NCBI GenBank assembly: GCA_949358305.1
Contig: OX442314.1
Coordinates: 22,940,001 to 23,004,000 of the forward strand
DNA length: 64,000 nucleotides
Reading direction: 5' to 3'
From: Strigamia acuminata
Lineage: Eukaryota
How positions within the stretch are numbered: the stretch's first letter is position 1; each line of letters begins with the position of its first letter. A model generated the notes under the pieces. The model worked only from the letters and a program-made list of their open reading frames with translations. It searched no databases and was not told the DNA's origin. Made by a program: the position numbers and the translations under genes. Shown in pieces: positions 40,201 through 49,339 of the stretch.

Positions 40201-41149
40201 TATTTTTCCCCAGCACCACTAAGGGGTAATGCCACTGTGCAGTGGAAATCATTTCCGCTTTTATTTAAACAAACTGAGCAAATAAGGTGCACACCTTTGC
40301 GCCTTAAAGGTGCAAAATTGTCTTGCAAAACCTTTTTCACAATTACCGTTTGTGCCCTGTATCTTGATGTCAAATTCAAACTGCGCACTTCATTCTGCGC
40401 ATGCATTTAAGAAGCAACAATATTTTAATGCTATGCAATAAATTACTTTTTATGATGTGTTTATTGTTGTTTATTTACTTTATTTTATCATTATTAGGCC
40501 TAATGTTAGGCTTACAGAGCGTGAATACTCAAAAATGAAACACTTTAAAAGTGGACTTGCTAGTGATTGGCACACCACATTTAAATTTTGTTTGTTGCGT
40601 CATTTAATCTAAGCATTACTCTCGATTTACAACAATGGTCATAACTAACTTAAAGCAACTGCCAGTACGGGGATTAAGAAATCGTTTGTACAGAACGGGA
40701 TGCGCAGTATGAATGCAGGGAGCGCAAACTGTAGGGTTGGAAGGATGATGCATCTTTAAAAATACATCTAATAAGTTAGATGTCACAAAGCGAACTGTCT
40801 GTTCCATAGTACCGAGAGAAAATAAAATCTTATGTGAAGCTTGGATTGACTCGAATGACTCGACTCTCATAAACCCTTCGGTCCTGGATGAAAGGTCTCT
40901 TGTGATATCTTAAAATCCATTAAGAGGCAATTGGAACTCCTTTGAAAAATTCTCTAGTGGTCAGAGTTGTTGGCTTTGCTCCATCAAATACAAAAAAGTC
41001 TTTTCTCCTACCTGTGACAGATGCCAGTAACGCGATGTCTTTGCTACCGGGTCCGTGACTTCTGTGCAAGCGGCACCGAAGAGTAGAAGTTTATGAGGTA
41101 ATTTGTAAACCATGTCGAAGAAAGCTTTCATGCCCACAGCTGCATCACA
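1047..41149 (-). CDS. GABBR2: GABA-B receptor subunit 2, partial multi-exon gene (14 exons, 686 aa; 5' and 3' ends not found in window)
   Basis: Exons join in frame with AG acceptors and GT donors (one GC). The translation is colinear with Drosophila GABA-B-R2 as I recall it: [100 protein letters not shown]. Confidence 0.96.
1331..1555 (-). CDS. GABBR2: GABA-B R2 exon m (TM5-TM7): [25 protein letters not shown]...TLCLVFVPK
   Basis: tgcag acceptor, gtcagt donor, 225 nt, phase 0-0. Confidence 0.96.
3495..3605 (-). CDS. GABBR2: GABA-B R2 exon l (ECL2/TM5): [37 protein letters not shown]
   Basis: tttag acceptor, gtaaca donor, 111 nt, phase 0-0. Confidence 0.94.
3869..4223. mobile_element. MITE ACCATGTTTACAC...GTGTGAACATGGT with internal GATC-rich repeats
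   Basis: 13-bp imperfect TIRs, with internal repeats of gtgaacac and gatc. Confidence 0.7.
4653..4775 (-). CDS. GABBR2: GABA-B R2 exon k (TM4): [41 protein letters not shown]
   Basis: cttag acceptor, gtgaga donor, 123 nt, phase 0-0. Confidence 0.94.
4855..4962 (-). CDS. GABBR2: GABA-B R2 exon j (TM3): [36 protein letters not shown]
   Basis: cttag acceptor, gtaaga donor, 108 nt, phase 0-0. Confidence 0.95.
5698..5831. mobile_element. Palindromic MITE AGCTGCATT...AATGCAGCT, TSD AGT (PIF/Harbinger-like)
   Basis: ~60-bp arms, agt on both sides. Confidence 0.85.
5886..6200. mobile_element. Foldback MITE TGCTGGGCACACACATAC...GTATGTGTGCGCCCAGCA (Harbinger-like, TWA flanks)
   Basis: ~35-bp imperfect TIRs, flanks taa and tta. 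Confidence 0.8.
6503..6635 (-). CDS. GABBR2: GABA-B R2 exon i (TM2): [44 protein letters not shown]
   Basis: aaag acceptor, gtaaga donor, 133 nt, phase 2-0. Confidence 0.95.
6981..7131 (-). CDS. GABBR2: GABA-B R2 exon h (stalk and TM1): (G)[49 protein letters not shown](R)
   Basis: tgtag acceptor, gtaaca donor, 151 nt, phase 1-2. Confidence 0.92.
7251..7334 (-). CDS. GABBR2: GABA-B R2 exon g: (G)[27 protein letters not shown]
   Basis: cctag acceptor, non-canonical donor AG|GCAAGT, 84 nt, phase 1-1. Confidence 0.88.
8937..9120 (-). mobile_element. Non-autonomous hAT-Charlie element, MER30-like
   Basis: 8-bp TSD ATTTAGAA (8929-8936 and 9121-9128). Minus strand begins CAGTGATGTCCAACCTTTTGGC...GGGCCACACATAAAATACAC. 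Confidence 0.85.
9897..10341. mobile_element. GC-rich MITE, TA TSD, TIR CCGTACCGCCCCGTTTAAACGCCCGGG (Tc1/mariner-pogo type)
   Basis: Perfect ~27-bp TIRs, TA on both sides. Inserted in the DIRS left ITR. Confidence 0.9.
10783..11660 (+). pseudogene. Degenerate DIRS tyrosine recombinase
   Basis: VLSHLKSL...[23 protein letters not shown]...KSSR...ELC in ORF 10783-11253. After stops and frameshifts, [38 protein letters not shown] from 11537, with the catalytic H and Y apparently replaced by N and F. Confidence 0.85.
13243..13303 (-). CDS. GABBR2: GABA-B R2 exon f: [20 protein letters not shown]
   Basis: ttcag acceptor, gtaaat donor, 61 nt, phase 0-1. Confidence 0.92.
13415..13648 (-). CDS. GABBR2: GABA-B R2 exon e: [29 protein letters not shown]...[10 protein letters not shown]
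   Basis: cgaag acceptor, gtaaga donor, 234 nt, phase 0-0. Confidence 0.94.
14174..14305 (-). repeat. 3' LTR (132 bp)
   Basis: Identical to the 5' LTR, preceded by the polypurine tract. Contains ATTAAA as a putative poly(A) signal. Confidence 0.97.
14306..14316 (-). promoter_or_regulatory. Polypurine tract GGGGGGAGGGA
   Basis: Directly abuts the 3' LTR. Confidence 0.9.
14442..14802 (-). CDS. Out-of-frame (+1) C-terminal tail of Pol/integrase (...[20 protein letters not shown]...)
   Basis: Carries the LRRSxR...PPxRYGD terminal motif typical of Gypsy integrases. It would join the main ORF if the A6 run at 14803-14808 were A5. Confidence 0.75.
14791..18753 (-). CDS. Gag-Pol polyprotein (1320 aa)
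   Basis: Two Zn knuckles ([30 protein letters not shown]), protease [13 protein letters not shown] ([13 protein letters not shown]), RNase H (VDAG...YSQIERE...TDHKPL), integrase HHCC and D-D35-E (VDFLGP, SDNGPPF, NGEAER). Confidence 0.96.
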   Translation of the reverse strand: MSGIGDGQVTIMADETKPAVAATVGVASFVQTTGIPPFDVHGETTTQSQRWKRWVSRLEMYLIAAGITDDNRKMATLLHQAGEEVFTVYETLTIVVKDYKSVKDALTTYFIPTKNMEFCVYTFRVSRQETNETLDKYQMRLRHLAVGCEFHNDDREIKSQLILGTSMNRLRRQGLRDDTLTLKQLLDLGRGYEASEWQARQMEGGDKETPVEVNLVRKMEDTRKRTNSGMENRRSEFTTGGSRSGSVGTAGRRCFNCGRSWPHPSPQDCPARGVACRGCGKTGHFVRFCRAKRTESAEGKQKVNMVNYEREREWDDDEGDLFTIGLCMDGNTRKNNMPEVRLTVGKESNKVKFIVDSGTSVNILGREIFTNMIFKPTLQVSRAKLFTYGSSEPLPLLGRVELVLRWEGKSVTTTAYVVDRPGDSLLNYETAKRLEIVKVVNSVQQTTLEEEIKKQYPKLFRGVGKLKDYQIHLHVDESVAPVAQRYRPIPFHLRKKVEKELERLLQMDVIERIDEGMGPTPWVSPIHCVDKPRDPDPDAIRLCVDAREVNRAIKRVRHTSPRLEDVIAVAEGAVLFSKLDLNHGFNQVELDGESRKYTVFATHVGLFRFKRLLFGINSASELFQDTIRQVIEGLPNCINIVDDIFVVGKTGEAHDAAMHAVLRRLEEKGLTLNEEKCELRRDRIVFFGHVFSARGISIDPRKVEAVERMEPPKSVAEVKSLLGMVIYCARFVRNMADMLKPLRDLAKKANAAFVWGEDQQTAWAAIKGQLGNKSVLAYYDPTARIHLTVDAGPNGLGAILAQIKGADMEPRVVAYASRTLTEVEKRYSQIERETLAAVWAIEHFYLYLYGITFVLFTDHKPLISIFGNRKSRPSARIERLCLRIQQYVFEVKYTKGASNPSDYMSRHSGAEKGCGVTMTRAVERYVNFVVRTRMPSSLTREQIAKATAEDKELQLLSTTLQCTGGERDRLWKQEGLKPFRLLQDELTSSVDGIVLRGDRIVIPEQLRDAVITLAHRGHQGIVKTKVLLRQKVWFPGLDARVERAVAGCLPCQACVPIRTRTPLVMTELPDRPWQRLAVDFLGPFPDGKILCVLIDEYSRFPFVDGVASTGARGVINLMKKRFSELGIPEVIKSDNGPPFASGEFAEFLEDMGIRHQRVTPLWPEANGEAERFMRTLNKAILAAVTEGKKWHEEICEFLLNYRATPHTTTGVPPAELLFSRPIKTRLPQIFALQEDKLVRKRDEEKKTEMKRLADEKRQVKEHRLTVGDLVLVKRRKTNKLISPYDPVPFKIVSIVGSQIRACRGSQNIVRNSSFFKKVAG
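18832..18841 (-). promoter_or_regulatory. Primer-binding site TGGCGACGAG (probably tRNA-Ser GCU)
   Basis: Starts with TGG, 1 nt after the 5' LTR. Complementary to ...CUCGUCGCCA, the 3' end of metazoan tRNA-Ser(GCU) as I recall it. Confidence 0.8.
18843..18974 (-). repeat. 5' LTR (132 bp)
   Basis: TGTAGTG...ATATCACA on minus strand, identical to 14174-14305, followed by the PBS. Confidence 0.97.
20788..20979 (-). CDS. GABBR2: GABA-B R2 exon d: [16 protein letters not shown]...[23 protein letters not shown]
   Basis: aacag acceptor, gtaagt donor, 192 nt, phase 0-0. Confidence 0.94.
21763..21890 (+). mobile_element. Internally deleted copy of the CCGTATTTTA MITE
   Basis: Left half of the family joined directly to gtaaaatacgg|ta. 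Confidence 0.85.
22059..22226 (-). CDS. GABBR2: GABA-B R2 exon c: [11 protein letters not shown]...[21 protein letters not shown]
   Basis: cccag acceptor, gtatat donor, 168 nt, phase 0-0. Confidence 0.94.
23332..23491. mobile_element. Short GC-rich hAT-like element (CAGG...CCTG)
   Basis: Imperfect TIRs, degenerate 8-bp TSD tatgtaag/tatgtacc. Confidence 0.65.
24909..25161 (+). mobile_element. 253-bp CCGTATTTTA-TIR MITE (TA TSD), family copy
   Basis: Near-identical to 42021-42273 (inverse) and 32166-32438. Confidence 0.9.
25177..25731. mobile_element. MITE CCGTATTGA...TCAATACGG (TA TSD)
   Basis: ~37-bp imperfect TIRs, 15 bp from the adjacent CCGTA MITE. Confidence 0.8.
26797..27206. mobile_element. 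TATA|CTCT...AGAG|TATA MITE
   Basis: ~55-bp near-perfect TIRs, TATA flanks. Confidence 0.88.
28580..28747 (-). CDS. GABBR2: GABA-B R2 exon b: [10 protein letters not shown]...YQNDPRYAL
   Basis: tacag acceptor, gtgaga donor, 168 nt, phase 0-0. Confidence 0.95.
29950..30150. repeat. ~21-bp minisatellite (AACATTTTTACAAAGTTTATC variants)
   Basis: Visible tandem repeats. Confidence 0.85.
30163..30345. repeat. 15-bp tandem array (GTCGCTCTTTTCAGC, 5 perfect units plus degenerate ones), likely the end of a transposon
   Basis: Period 15 is visible at 30178-30253. It explains the SLFSA-repeat ORF. Confidence 0.85.
31845..31940. repeat. Degenerate short tandem repeat (CCATTAGCCCAGGAGGG-like)
   Basis: Recurrent cattag / caggagggc motifs. 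Confidence 0.6.
32166..32438 (+). mobile_element. CCGTATTTTA-TIR MITE, family copy
   Basis: Colinear with 24909-25161. Confidence 0.88.
34008..34413. mobile_element. Non-autonomous hAT element with TACCCG/CGGGTA subterminal repeats
   Basis: TIR CAGAGAATAACAT, perfect 8-bp TSD CTGTGTAT (34000-34007 and 34414-34421). Confidence 0.92.
37794..38207. mobile_element. TATA|CTCT...AGAG|TATA MITE
   Basis: ~48-bp near-perfect TIRs. Confidence 0.88.
38742..38879. mobile_element. MITE AGCTGCATTCAAAAA...TTTTTGAATGCAGCT, TSD AGT
   Basis: Same termini and TSD as 5698-5831. Confidence 0.85.
39248..39445. mobile_element. Palindromic Tc1/mariner MITE TA|CAGTC...GACTG|TA
   Basis: Long imperfect arms, TA TSD. 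Confidence 0.85.
39547..39833. mobile_element. TA|CAGTTTG...CAAACTG|TA MITE (relatives at 40346-40731, ~47980-48263 inverse, ~21113-21307)
   Basis: Shared motif gaatttggcatcaagatac...gggtgcaaactg in all copies. Confidence 0.8.
40346..40731. mobile_element. Relative of the 39547-39833 MITE
   Basis: ta|ccgtttgtgccctgtatcttgatgtcaaattc ... gcgcaaactg|ta. Confidence 0.75.
41012..41149 (-). CDS. GABBR2: GABA-B R2 exon a (VFT): [46 protein letters not shown]
   Basis: ttag acceptor, gtagga donor, 138 nt, phase 0-0. Not present in the ORF track. Confidence 0.93.
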
Positions 41150-42020
41150 CTAAATAGGAAAATAGAAGAAAAACAATTGTTAATTGGTTTTGATTTTGAA
41201 TCATTAATTGTAATTAGTGCAGTGCTAATTGTTTTTGCGATTTGTTTGTTTATTTTGTTTCTAATTTCGAGTCGATGGGAATCGATTTTTCTAACTATTG
41301 CAGTTGTAATCAAGATTGCACACTGATTAAGGGATATCGATTCCTTTTTTAATAGTATTTGGTTAGTGCGCAAATAAATGCTGAAAATGCAATATCTTTT
41401 TAACGACTGTTTGATGGGTTTGTAATAATATCATGAAAGTCGTCGTATGATTAAGCGGGACTGCAAGAAGTACGAAGAATTGCAAACCTGTTAAAGTATT
41501 TTCGACGAAAATTGATGCAACCTCAAACTTTTTCACATAAAAATAAATTTTTGGAATTGCAATCATTAGAGGCGCACCCGCAAATGTTTTAAAAGTGATG
41601 TAATTATACTGTCATAAAGAGCATTTTTCACCGGTCATAGCTACAGTCTGTGCCCGATTCGAATACGAAAAACACAAAAATATAAAACTTTATTGCACGC
41701 AATATGGGCATAGTGTCATTTTCTGTTATTATTTCTAGAAATCATGTATTTGTTGCGCTTAAATATGCGTAGACAGGGATTTTTCAATTTGATTTTGGCA
41801 TCAAGATTCCGAATGTGAACTTTAGTGGTCTGCTCGGACAATTATTTATATGGGTCACTACTTTGTGGTTAGGTAGATGTGTACAGAACAGCAAACAGGA
41901 TCTTGTGGTTTTATTACCGTTTTCCTTACAGCTTGTCACCAGATCTCTTTTTTTGCTTATTAAGAGTTGTCGGGTTGCACCAGATATCCGATATCAAAAT
42001 AATTTCCTGTTATTAACTTA

Positions 42021-42273
42021 CCGTATTTTACCGATTAAGAGTCGCCCTCGTGTAGTAGCCGCGGCTGAGACACCAAGAATACTGTATTTTTGCAAAGGTA
42101 CGGTATTGTTTCCGTATTTAACCTCACGAACGATGAACTTACGCTTCGTTCAAGACGTTCAGACTTCGTTTGTTACATTAAACAAATGTAACAAACGAAA
42201 AATCCAAATTGTAATTGCTGGCAAAAATGGTAGTTTTGAATAAGAGCCGCGACTCTTAATCGATAAAATACGG
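42021..42273 (-). mobile_element. 253-bp CCGTATTTTA-TIR MITE, inverse orientation
   Basis: TA|CCGTATTTTACCGATTAAGAGTCGC ... GCGACTCTTAATCGATAAAATACGG|TA. Confidence 0.9.
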
Positions 42274-45200
42274 TAAGTTACATCTGCCAAATATCAACAT
42301 CATCAACGCCTTGTCTCGAGCAGGGTTTCTTAAACTGTGGGGGTTGTGAAAATTTTGTTTGATTTGTATACCTGGTGTATACATATATTTGTATATCTGG
42401 GGTCACCGGTTTGAAATGAATACTGCCATAGGTCATTCCTCCATTAGTAATAAAAAAAAAGTAGTAAAAAAATCAGAAAATACAACAACTTTTTAAATTA
42501 CAAAAATAATAGAAATATTAAATAATAAATATTTAGAAATGGGTTGTTTTGACACAAAAATCTATTTTCAAGCCAAAAAAATGCATTTGCATCCTGAAAA
42601 AACATTTTGAGGTAAAAAAAAAAATGGATTTTCATGTGGAAAAAATTGTGTTTTCATGTGGAAAAAAATGCATTTTCAGTATAAAAAAAATGCATTTTCA
42701 GTATATAAAAAATGCATTTTTGGAAGAAAATATTTATTTGTAAAAAAAATGCATTTCCTGTATCAATATTGACGTTTTCCACTTAATGTCTGAAAGAACT
42801 TTCTATCTTGCCATTTTCTAAAGTATCATTCACAATCATCTTTAAGACTTGAGTGTATCTAACAAAGCATATAGAGGTGCAAGTGACAACTCCAAGGGTC
42901 CATGAAATCAAACTGGTACTTCATTTTGACTGCCTGAAGACGACAAGATAATTTGCTTGGATGCAATCACACACTCGAGTTTTTGCTTACTCAATCTTGT
43001 ACAATATCAATTTTAGCGCTACTTTTACAAACTCGAAAACAAAATTCTCTGCAACTTTAACATTACAATTCTGCTTCCAATACGGATTTCAAGAGACCCG
43101 CAGCCCGAATGTCTGCAAATATGTGATAAAAAGTTGAGGATGTAAGCGAGCGCCAAACAAAAAGCAGGTTGCGCTGTTGTGCGTTTATTTAAATTCTGTT
43201 CGTGAACTTTTGACTTCGTTGCGGATTTACTATTGAAAAGAATTTTTTTTTTTTTTTGCCAATCAATTTTTATGATGGATATATGACATGGACGATCGTA
43301 CGGCAACGCACGTGCATTGGCGTCCGCGTTCGATAAGAAGAACTTTCTATTTCCCACTTGGCAACTCCATACTCATCCTTCTTCCATCACTTCTTCGAAG
43401 ACGAAAGTGGAACACACAAAAAAGGCGTCGACGTCGTCTTTAAACGCGCGAACGAAAGGAACACCCATCAAAAGTGGTGGCAAATATATGCCCGAGTCGA
43501 TTGCCTTTTTTCTCTTTCCATTTGCTTGAGGAAAAGAAGTTTCAAGGTGTAGGATTTCCATTAAAGGTCAAGTGCAACGACTCTTACTCGTGTTAATTCA
43601 AATAAAATACAACTGACGATAGAATTTCCAACTTTTGCCGGTGTTGGATGACGCAAAATTATAATTATACTAAATAAACAAATTGTTATGTACATAACAA
43701 CTACTACAAATTGTAAATCACGCAACAATGAATCTTGTTGCCGAGCATGATGCTTGGCAACCAATATTAAATGGGACTCTGGCCAGATCCAACACTGAAT
43801 TATTGTAACTACGTACACAATATGAATGTTAACACACGGCTTTATCTAATTTTTATTTTATTATCAGAGAATTTTGCAGGATTTGTTTGGGTGTGTTTGC
43901 ATGTCGCCGATTTTTATTTAAACGCAGCAACGTGGCAAAGCTCAGGGATTGCAACAATGGGAATTTACAAATTTATTTGTTTAGCTTATTGTCTTTCGGC
44001 CAAGCAAAATGGGATTTCAAGGGATTTAAAGTCAGTTGCAGTATATTCAAATGTAAAACTGTTTTATATGCTCTTTATCTGTTCATTGCACACGTAAAGA
44101 ATGCACAAGAAGTGCATTGAACGAGACCGTGGTTGTTTTAAATCAGTTTTAAGCAAGACGCAGGTGATGTTTTATGTAAAGAATAAGTTACACTTTTATA
44201 TTTGTGTTGAAAAATGAAATAAGTTTAAAATACGCAAAGCTTTAAAACGTCTTTTAAAGGTATACTCTTTTTTGCCAAAGTTATTTATTGCCGCCATAAT
44301 TTAAAATACATGAATTTTGAGTGCTGCACTGCAGGAAACATAACTTGGGTTTCTTGCGGGGTTTTTTTGCATGTATGCATACTGTTTTATGAGATGAGGA
44401 CTGAGATGAAGGCATAAATTGTTTATTGGAACTGACTGTTAGTCTTTCATTTCCAAGAAATGTTATTTATTTTAATGAAATTTAGAAAGGAAAAAGAAAT
44501 GTTTACTGTGGATATCATCTTTTAGCCATGAATATTTAAATGCTGAGAGAATAGGGACAAGGGAAAATACAAACATGGGAGAGTTATGGACGATATTTTT
44601 TATTTTGTTTGTAGAGCTAGTTTTGTTACGTTTACAAATATTATTGCTGAATATTTGTACCTTTAAACTTGAATAATTTATTGTGTGGAGTAGGAAATAA
44701 ACTTAAATTATCTTGAAATAACAGTTATATATTTACAAACTCGGGAGTGTAAACAGCTCAACAACTCGCCATGAAATTAGCTTTCCTGTGAATTATAACT
44801 CAACCGGTATTTAAAATGTGACTATTTAAGTCAACTACGGTTAAAATATACACAGATATTCTAAATCTCTTTACACATATGGGGATTTTGGGAAACTTGT
44901 TGAAAATAGGCAGTATAATGTTTTTAAAGGTCACCAATGGTCATGCATATAAAAACGGTTTTATGATGTTTTTTATGATGCATTTTACCATATTAGCATG
45001 TTTGTGCGATATTTTATGTGGGTTTTTGACAATTTGACTTGAATTTGGCTTGAATTACTGAATAAGGTGCATTTAAAGTTTCTGCTTTTACTGTTTTTAG
45101 TGTTTGGTTCGAATATGAGTGTGAGTAAAAATTAAAAATATATTTTAAGTAAAGAAAATGGTGACTTTAATAAATCAAAAAATACAATATTTTTTTTATA

Positions 45201-46421
45201 CACCAGGTAAATTTAAATCAGTAAATTTAACACCAATATTACACCATAAAGGAATGAATTTACACAATCAGGAAGTATTAACAATCCATATGGGAATACG
45301 TTAACACTTTTTTGAAAATACCATTGAGTAAATTTACACCCAATTCTGAATCATGACACCAGCAAGGTGTACACACACAAAGGTGTAATATTTATACCTC
45401 ATGTTTATTTCACCTCAATGGTGTAATTTAACTCCAAAGACGGGACAAGCATTTCACATCTATGAAAGTGTAATCTTATACTTTATAACATCTATATTTC
45501 GCACACATTCAAATTTTGACATATTTTTATCTTCTGTTTTTGCTGCGTATAGAAACACCATAAGCCATACACACAGAAACTTTGAATGCACCTGTAGTCA
45601 GAAACATTTTCTGATTGAAATCTGAAATGTGTTTCATTATTTATATGACAGGACTAGGTTATTTTTGTACTCGTAACTCATCCTTGCTGTAGATCTTTCT
45701 TCTTTTATGTTGTGGGAACGTTAAAATGTTGTGATTAAGATCACGTGAAAGTTATTGAAGGAAACCCGGCCAAACAGCGCCTAATAAACGTCAGGTTTGA
45801 ACGAACATTGAGCCTTTGCAGTGTGTATTGCGTTTGTTATGACTTCTTCACGGAAAGGAAAGATTATTTGTGGCCTACTTTTCAAATATCGGGGGCGTTC
45901 GCAAGTGAGAGATTACTCCAGGAAAATCATAAATTTTTAAGGTTCAAGCAAAATGGATAAAAAACGGGAAATGAAATGTGCGAACTTTTTTAAGGTTGTG
46001 AATAATTTAAATGATTTAATTTCAAAGTTTTTCTGTTTTAATTTTGAGTTTTTTAAAAGCCTTTTTGTGGTTGTTTTGTCGTTCCCGGGACCGCCAGATT
46101 AATCATTAACAAACTTTGAAGTTATAGATTGACGCGTTAGAAGAAAAGTTATAAAAGATATACTTCCACCAGGGGAGTTTTATATTGATTTCTTGGAATG
46201 AAATATTTTTAAATTGAGCGCCAGAACCCAGAATGGTAAAAACGTGATATTTTTCATGGGTGGGGAAATCAATTGTGCTGAATGCGTAAGGTTTATTCAA
46301 ACCACGCGAGATGGATCAAAGAATTTTTTTTGATTTTCTGATTTTGAAAGACAGGAATTGACTTTTCCTCATATTTTTTTTTGCTTGATTATTATCATTG
46401 CTCGTAGCATGCAAAAATATA

Positions 46422-46916
46422 CAGTGGAAACTCTTTATAACGAATCGCAAAGGACCCGTTATAACGAAATTTGTTAACACAATGTTTTATGGCCAGTCAG
46501 CATATATTTTTTTCAAGAGCGACACTACCGATTATCCGCCCATTACTGATCGCCACCGATACACAGGCACTGTAAGCGATCAACGCTCTTTTCGTAGTCA
46601 TTTTTGTGCCATGCTCTGCGAGTTTGAAGACCTAACCTAACCTAACTTAACCTATTTCAAATTTTAATATTAACACCCTCCCACAAATAACTCATTTTGT
46701 TAACACATCCCAAATAATGACCAAGAAAACAATCATGCGGTAAAGGAAAAGAATTGTTACGCCTTGTGCAGCGGCGGCGATCGGTAATTGGCGGATGATC
46801 GGTATTTACGCTGTAGAAAAAAATATGTGCAGCCAGCCAACCAAACCGGTCATTTTTAGGTATTCCTTACATTGATAATTCGTTATATTCCGATTCGTTA
46901 TAAAGAGTTTCGACTG
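46422..46916. mobile_element. Tigger/pogo-like MITE TA|CAGTGGAAACTCTTTATAACGAA...GAGTTTCGACTG|TA
   Basis: ~25-bp TIRs, TA TSD, contains a nested element. Confidence 0.85.
46500..46830. mobile_element. Nested Mutator-like foldback element with internal (AACCT)n
   Basis: ~55-bp imperfect TIRs G...C, degenerate 9-bp TSD ggccagtca/agccagcca. Confidence 0.65.
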
Positions 46917-47979
46917 TATTACCAGATGCATTCACGATGTATTTGCGAAACGGTATATTTTTAAAATCTTTAATTTTTTAGAGTGTGGATTTTGTTTGGT
47001 CCTATTGGGTCTAAGTTGATAAAGTTGTTTTTATCTAGGTTGTGATCTCAATCTCGAGTATCATCTTACTTCTAAACAATGCTATCTCACCAAGATTTCT
47101 GCTATTGATTCGTCTTGTTTTTGTCCGCTCTTGTTGCAGTAATCTATTTTGCTGTATCAGCTTTGGTCACCTAATATAGTTGTTCTTATGAGACTTTAGA
47201 AGCTTGTCAATGATATTTCGTCCTAGTAAATGGGGGAAGCCATCACTGTTGTCATGCTTGTTCTTTGTTGACATTCTTACTGATTGGAATTTTTTTTTGT
47301 AAAAAATAAACAAATATGTAAATAATTTACATTTAATCTGTATTGTTTGTGTTGTGTCAACAAAATGGATGAAACTCTTCGAGCAAAAGATAAACAAAAT
47401 GTTTTTTTTATTTTTAGACAAACATTGAAACTTGATGTCTATGTTTATTTACTTCATTTTATCGAGTTAAACGTTCTTATTAGGATTTAGGAAAGTTGTC
47501 AAGAAAAAGTTAAAAAACGAAAACGATGGGGCGATTGAGTTGAGTTTGGAAAAGAAATGAAAAAAGTAAATTCCTGATTGAATGACCTGAAGAGTTGCTA
47601 CTGTGGCATGGGAGTTGGAATTTAGCCAAGAGAAAGAGTTGAGACTTATCAAAACAAGACAATAAGTCAATTCAATGCCTTAAGAATGACGTCAACCTAG
47701 TGTCTCTGGAGAGATTTTATGATTTTTCTCTTATCTTTTTAGCTGAGTGGACAAAAATTTTATGTACTTTTGTTTTGTGGCATAAGAGAACAGTGCAGTC
47801 CCAGCATCCACCATTATTATTATTTCAGGCTCTCTTTCCTAAGCTATGTTGGCTGCAAAAGTTTTATTACGACAGCCTCATTTATTCCTACGGATCGTTA
47901 GTGAAACTGCATTTTATTGCTCTGATCTAAGTAGAGTTAAAAGACAAAGAAAACCACACTGGCTATACGCTTAAATCTA

Positions 47980-48263
47980 CTTAGGCGCCCAGTATCTTAA
48001 AGCTAAATTCATACTCCACATCCCATTCTGCGCAGATGATTTCCTAATTCAAGTTAGCAGTTTTAAGCCTAATATTGGACTTAATAACGGTAAAGTAAAT
48101 TAACAACAATAAACTCATTAATAAAAATAGTTTACAGCATGGTACTGAAATTTTGTTGTATTATTTCCTTTTTGTGCAACAAGCTTGTCAATCGCCATGT
48201 TAAATGCATGCGCAAAATGTGATGCGCAGTTGAATTTGGCATCAAGATGTAGGGCGTGAACTG
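47980..48263 (-). mobile_element. Inverse copy of the 39547-39833 MITE
   Basis: caatcgccatgttaaatgcatg is the reverse complement of ~39601-39622. Ends gtgaactg|ta. Confidence 0.75.
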
Positions 48264-49339
48264 TAGGTGCAGTGGGATTTTAGAGGTCCCTGGTATTAAA
48301 AAAATTTGTGTATATTATTTAAAATATAATTTTGTCGAATTTAATATTTCTATCAGCCATTTTTGGGGTTCTATTTAAAAAAATCCATATATACGAATAG
48401 AGTAAATATTTTTTTGGATTTTTTTTTTTTTAATTTTGGGCCTCCACTACAGCGTGGGCCTTTTCTCTTTGAGAGCCTATAAATCCACTGGAATAAACTG
48501 CTGCAGTAATTTTGAGCGTTTAAACTTCGTGTAATCCTAAAAGAGATAAAAATGAAAGTAGGCTTTACTGTGCTGCTTTTGGCATTTATGTTTGCAATTG
48601 TTGCCATCTAAAGTGCCAAAAGTAATGTGTGAAAAAAGAAACATCGCTTCTGTCGTGTTTCCATTATTAAAGGCACCTATTGATAAATTATTTTTTTTTA
48701 TTGTAGATTTCTGTTATTTATGGCGAGGTTTTTTGAAAGCACTCAACATATTGGTGAGTAAAAGCAATATTTTTTATTTGTTGTGTAGATAAAGCGGTTA
48801 AAATGGAAATTTTTGCAATAGAACTTTGCCGCTCTGTTAACATCTATCTCGATGCACAGTTTCTTTATGATAATAATAAAGTGGTTTTAATGACGTTAAT
48901 CGCGCTCTAAACTCCTAACAATAAATCAAGACCACGGGCTTTTCGATGAAATAATCGTGAAACGATTATAAAACTGCAGTGACCCTACAAAATCTATATA
49001 TTGGGTATTCTCAAAACCTGAAATATTGGATTTTTCTAAAACCCTGAAATATTAGGTTTTTCTAAAACCTTGTAATTAGAGTTTTTCTAACCCAAAACCT
49101 GATCTAACAAAAGGAAGCCAAACTGTTACTGAGCTCCTACAAGGAGGTTTCCGTTTCCGGATGAAGATCTGAAGCGAAGTTGGAGCGTTGATCGTCTATT
49201 CTACAACATGTTGGTCTTAGCTATGAAGGATGGGTATCTGCTGCTGTGGAAGGTTGTCTCAAACTGAAACCAGATCAAAGACATAGCAGTGGACTTAAAA
49301 CAATAGCAATACCAGTGTACCAGCAGATGGGTTCCTACA

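Noticed and set aside
41815..42243. 142-aa ORF
   Set aside because: Its second half is a non-coding MITE copy, and it has no protein motif.
43300..43560. Relatively GC-rich patch with overlapping short ORFs, considered as GABA-B R2 exon 1
   Set aside because: The minus-strand frames I translated give no signal peptide or the expected N-terminal VFT motifs.
46630..46655. Interstitial telomeric (TTAGG)n
   Set aside because: Only ~4 units, and embedded in a TIR element.
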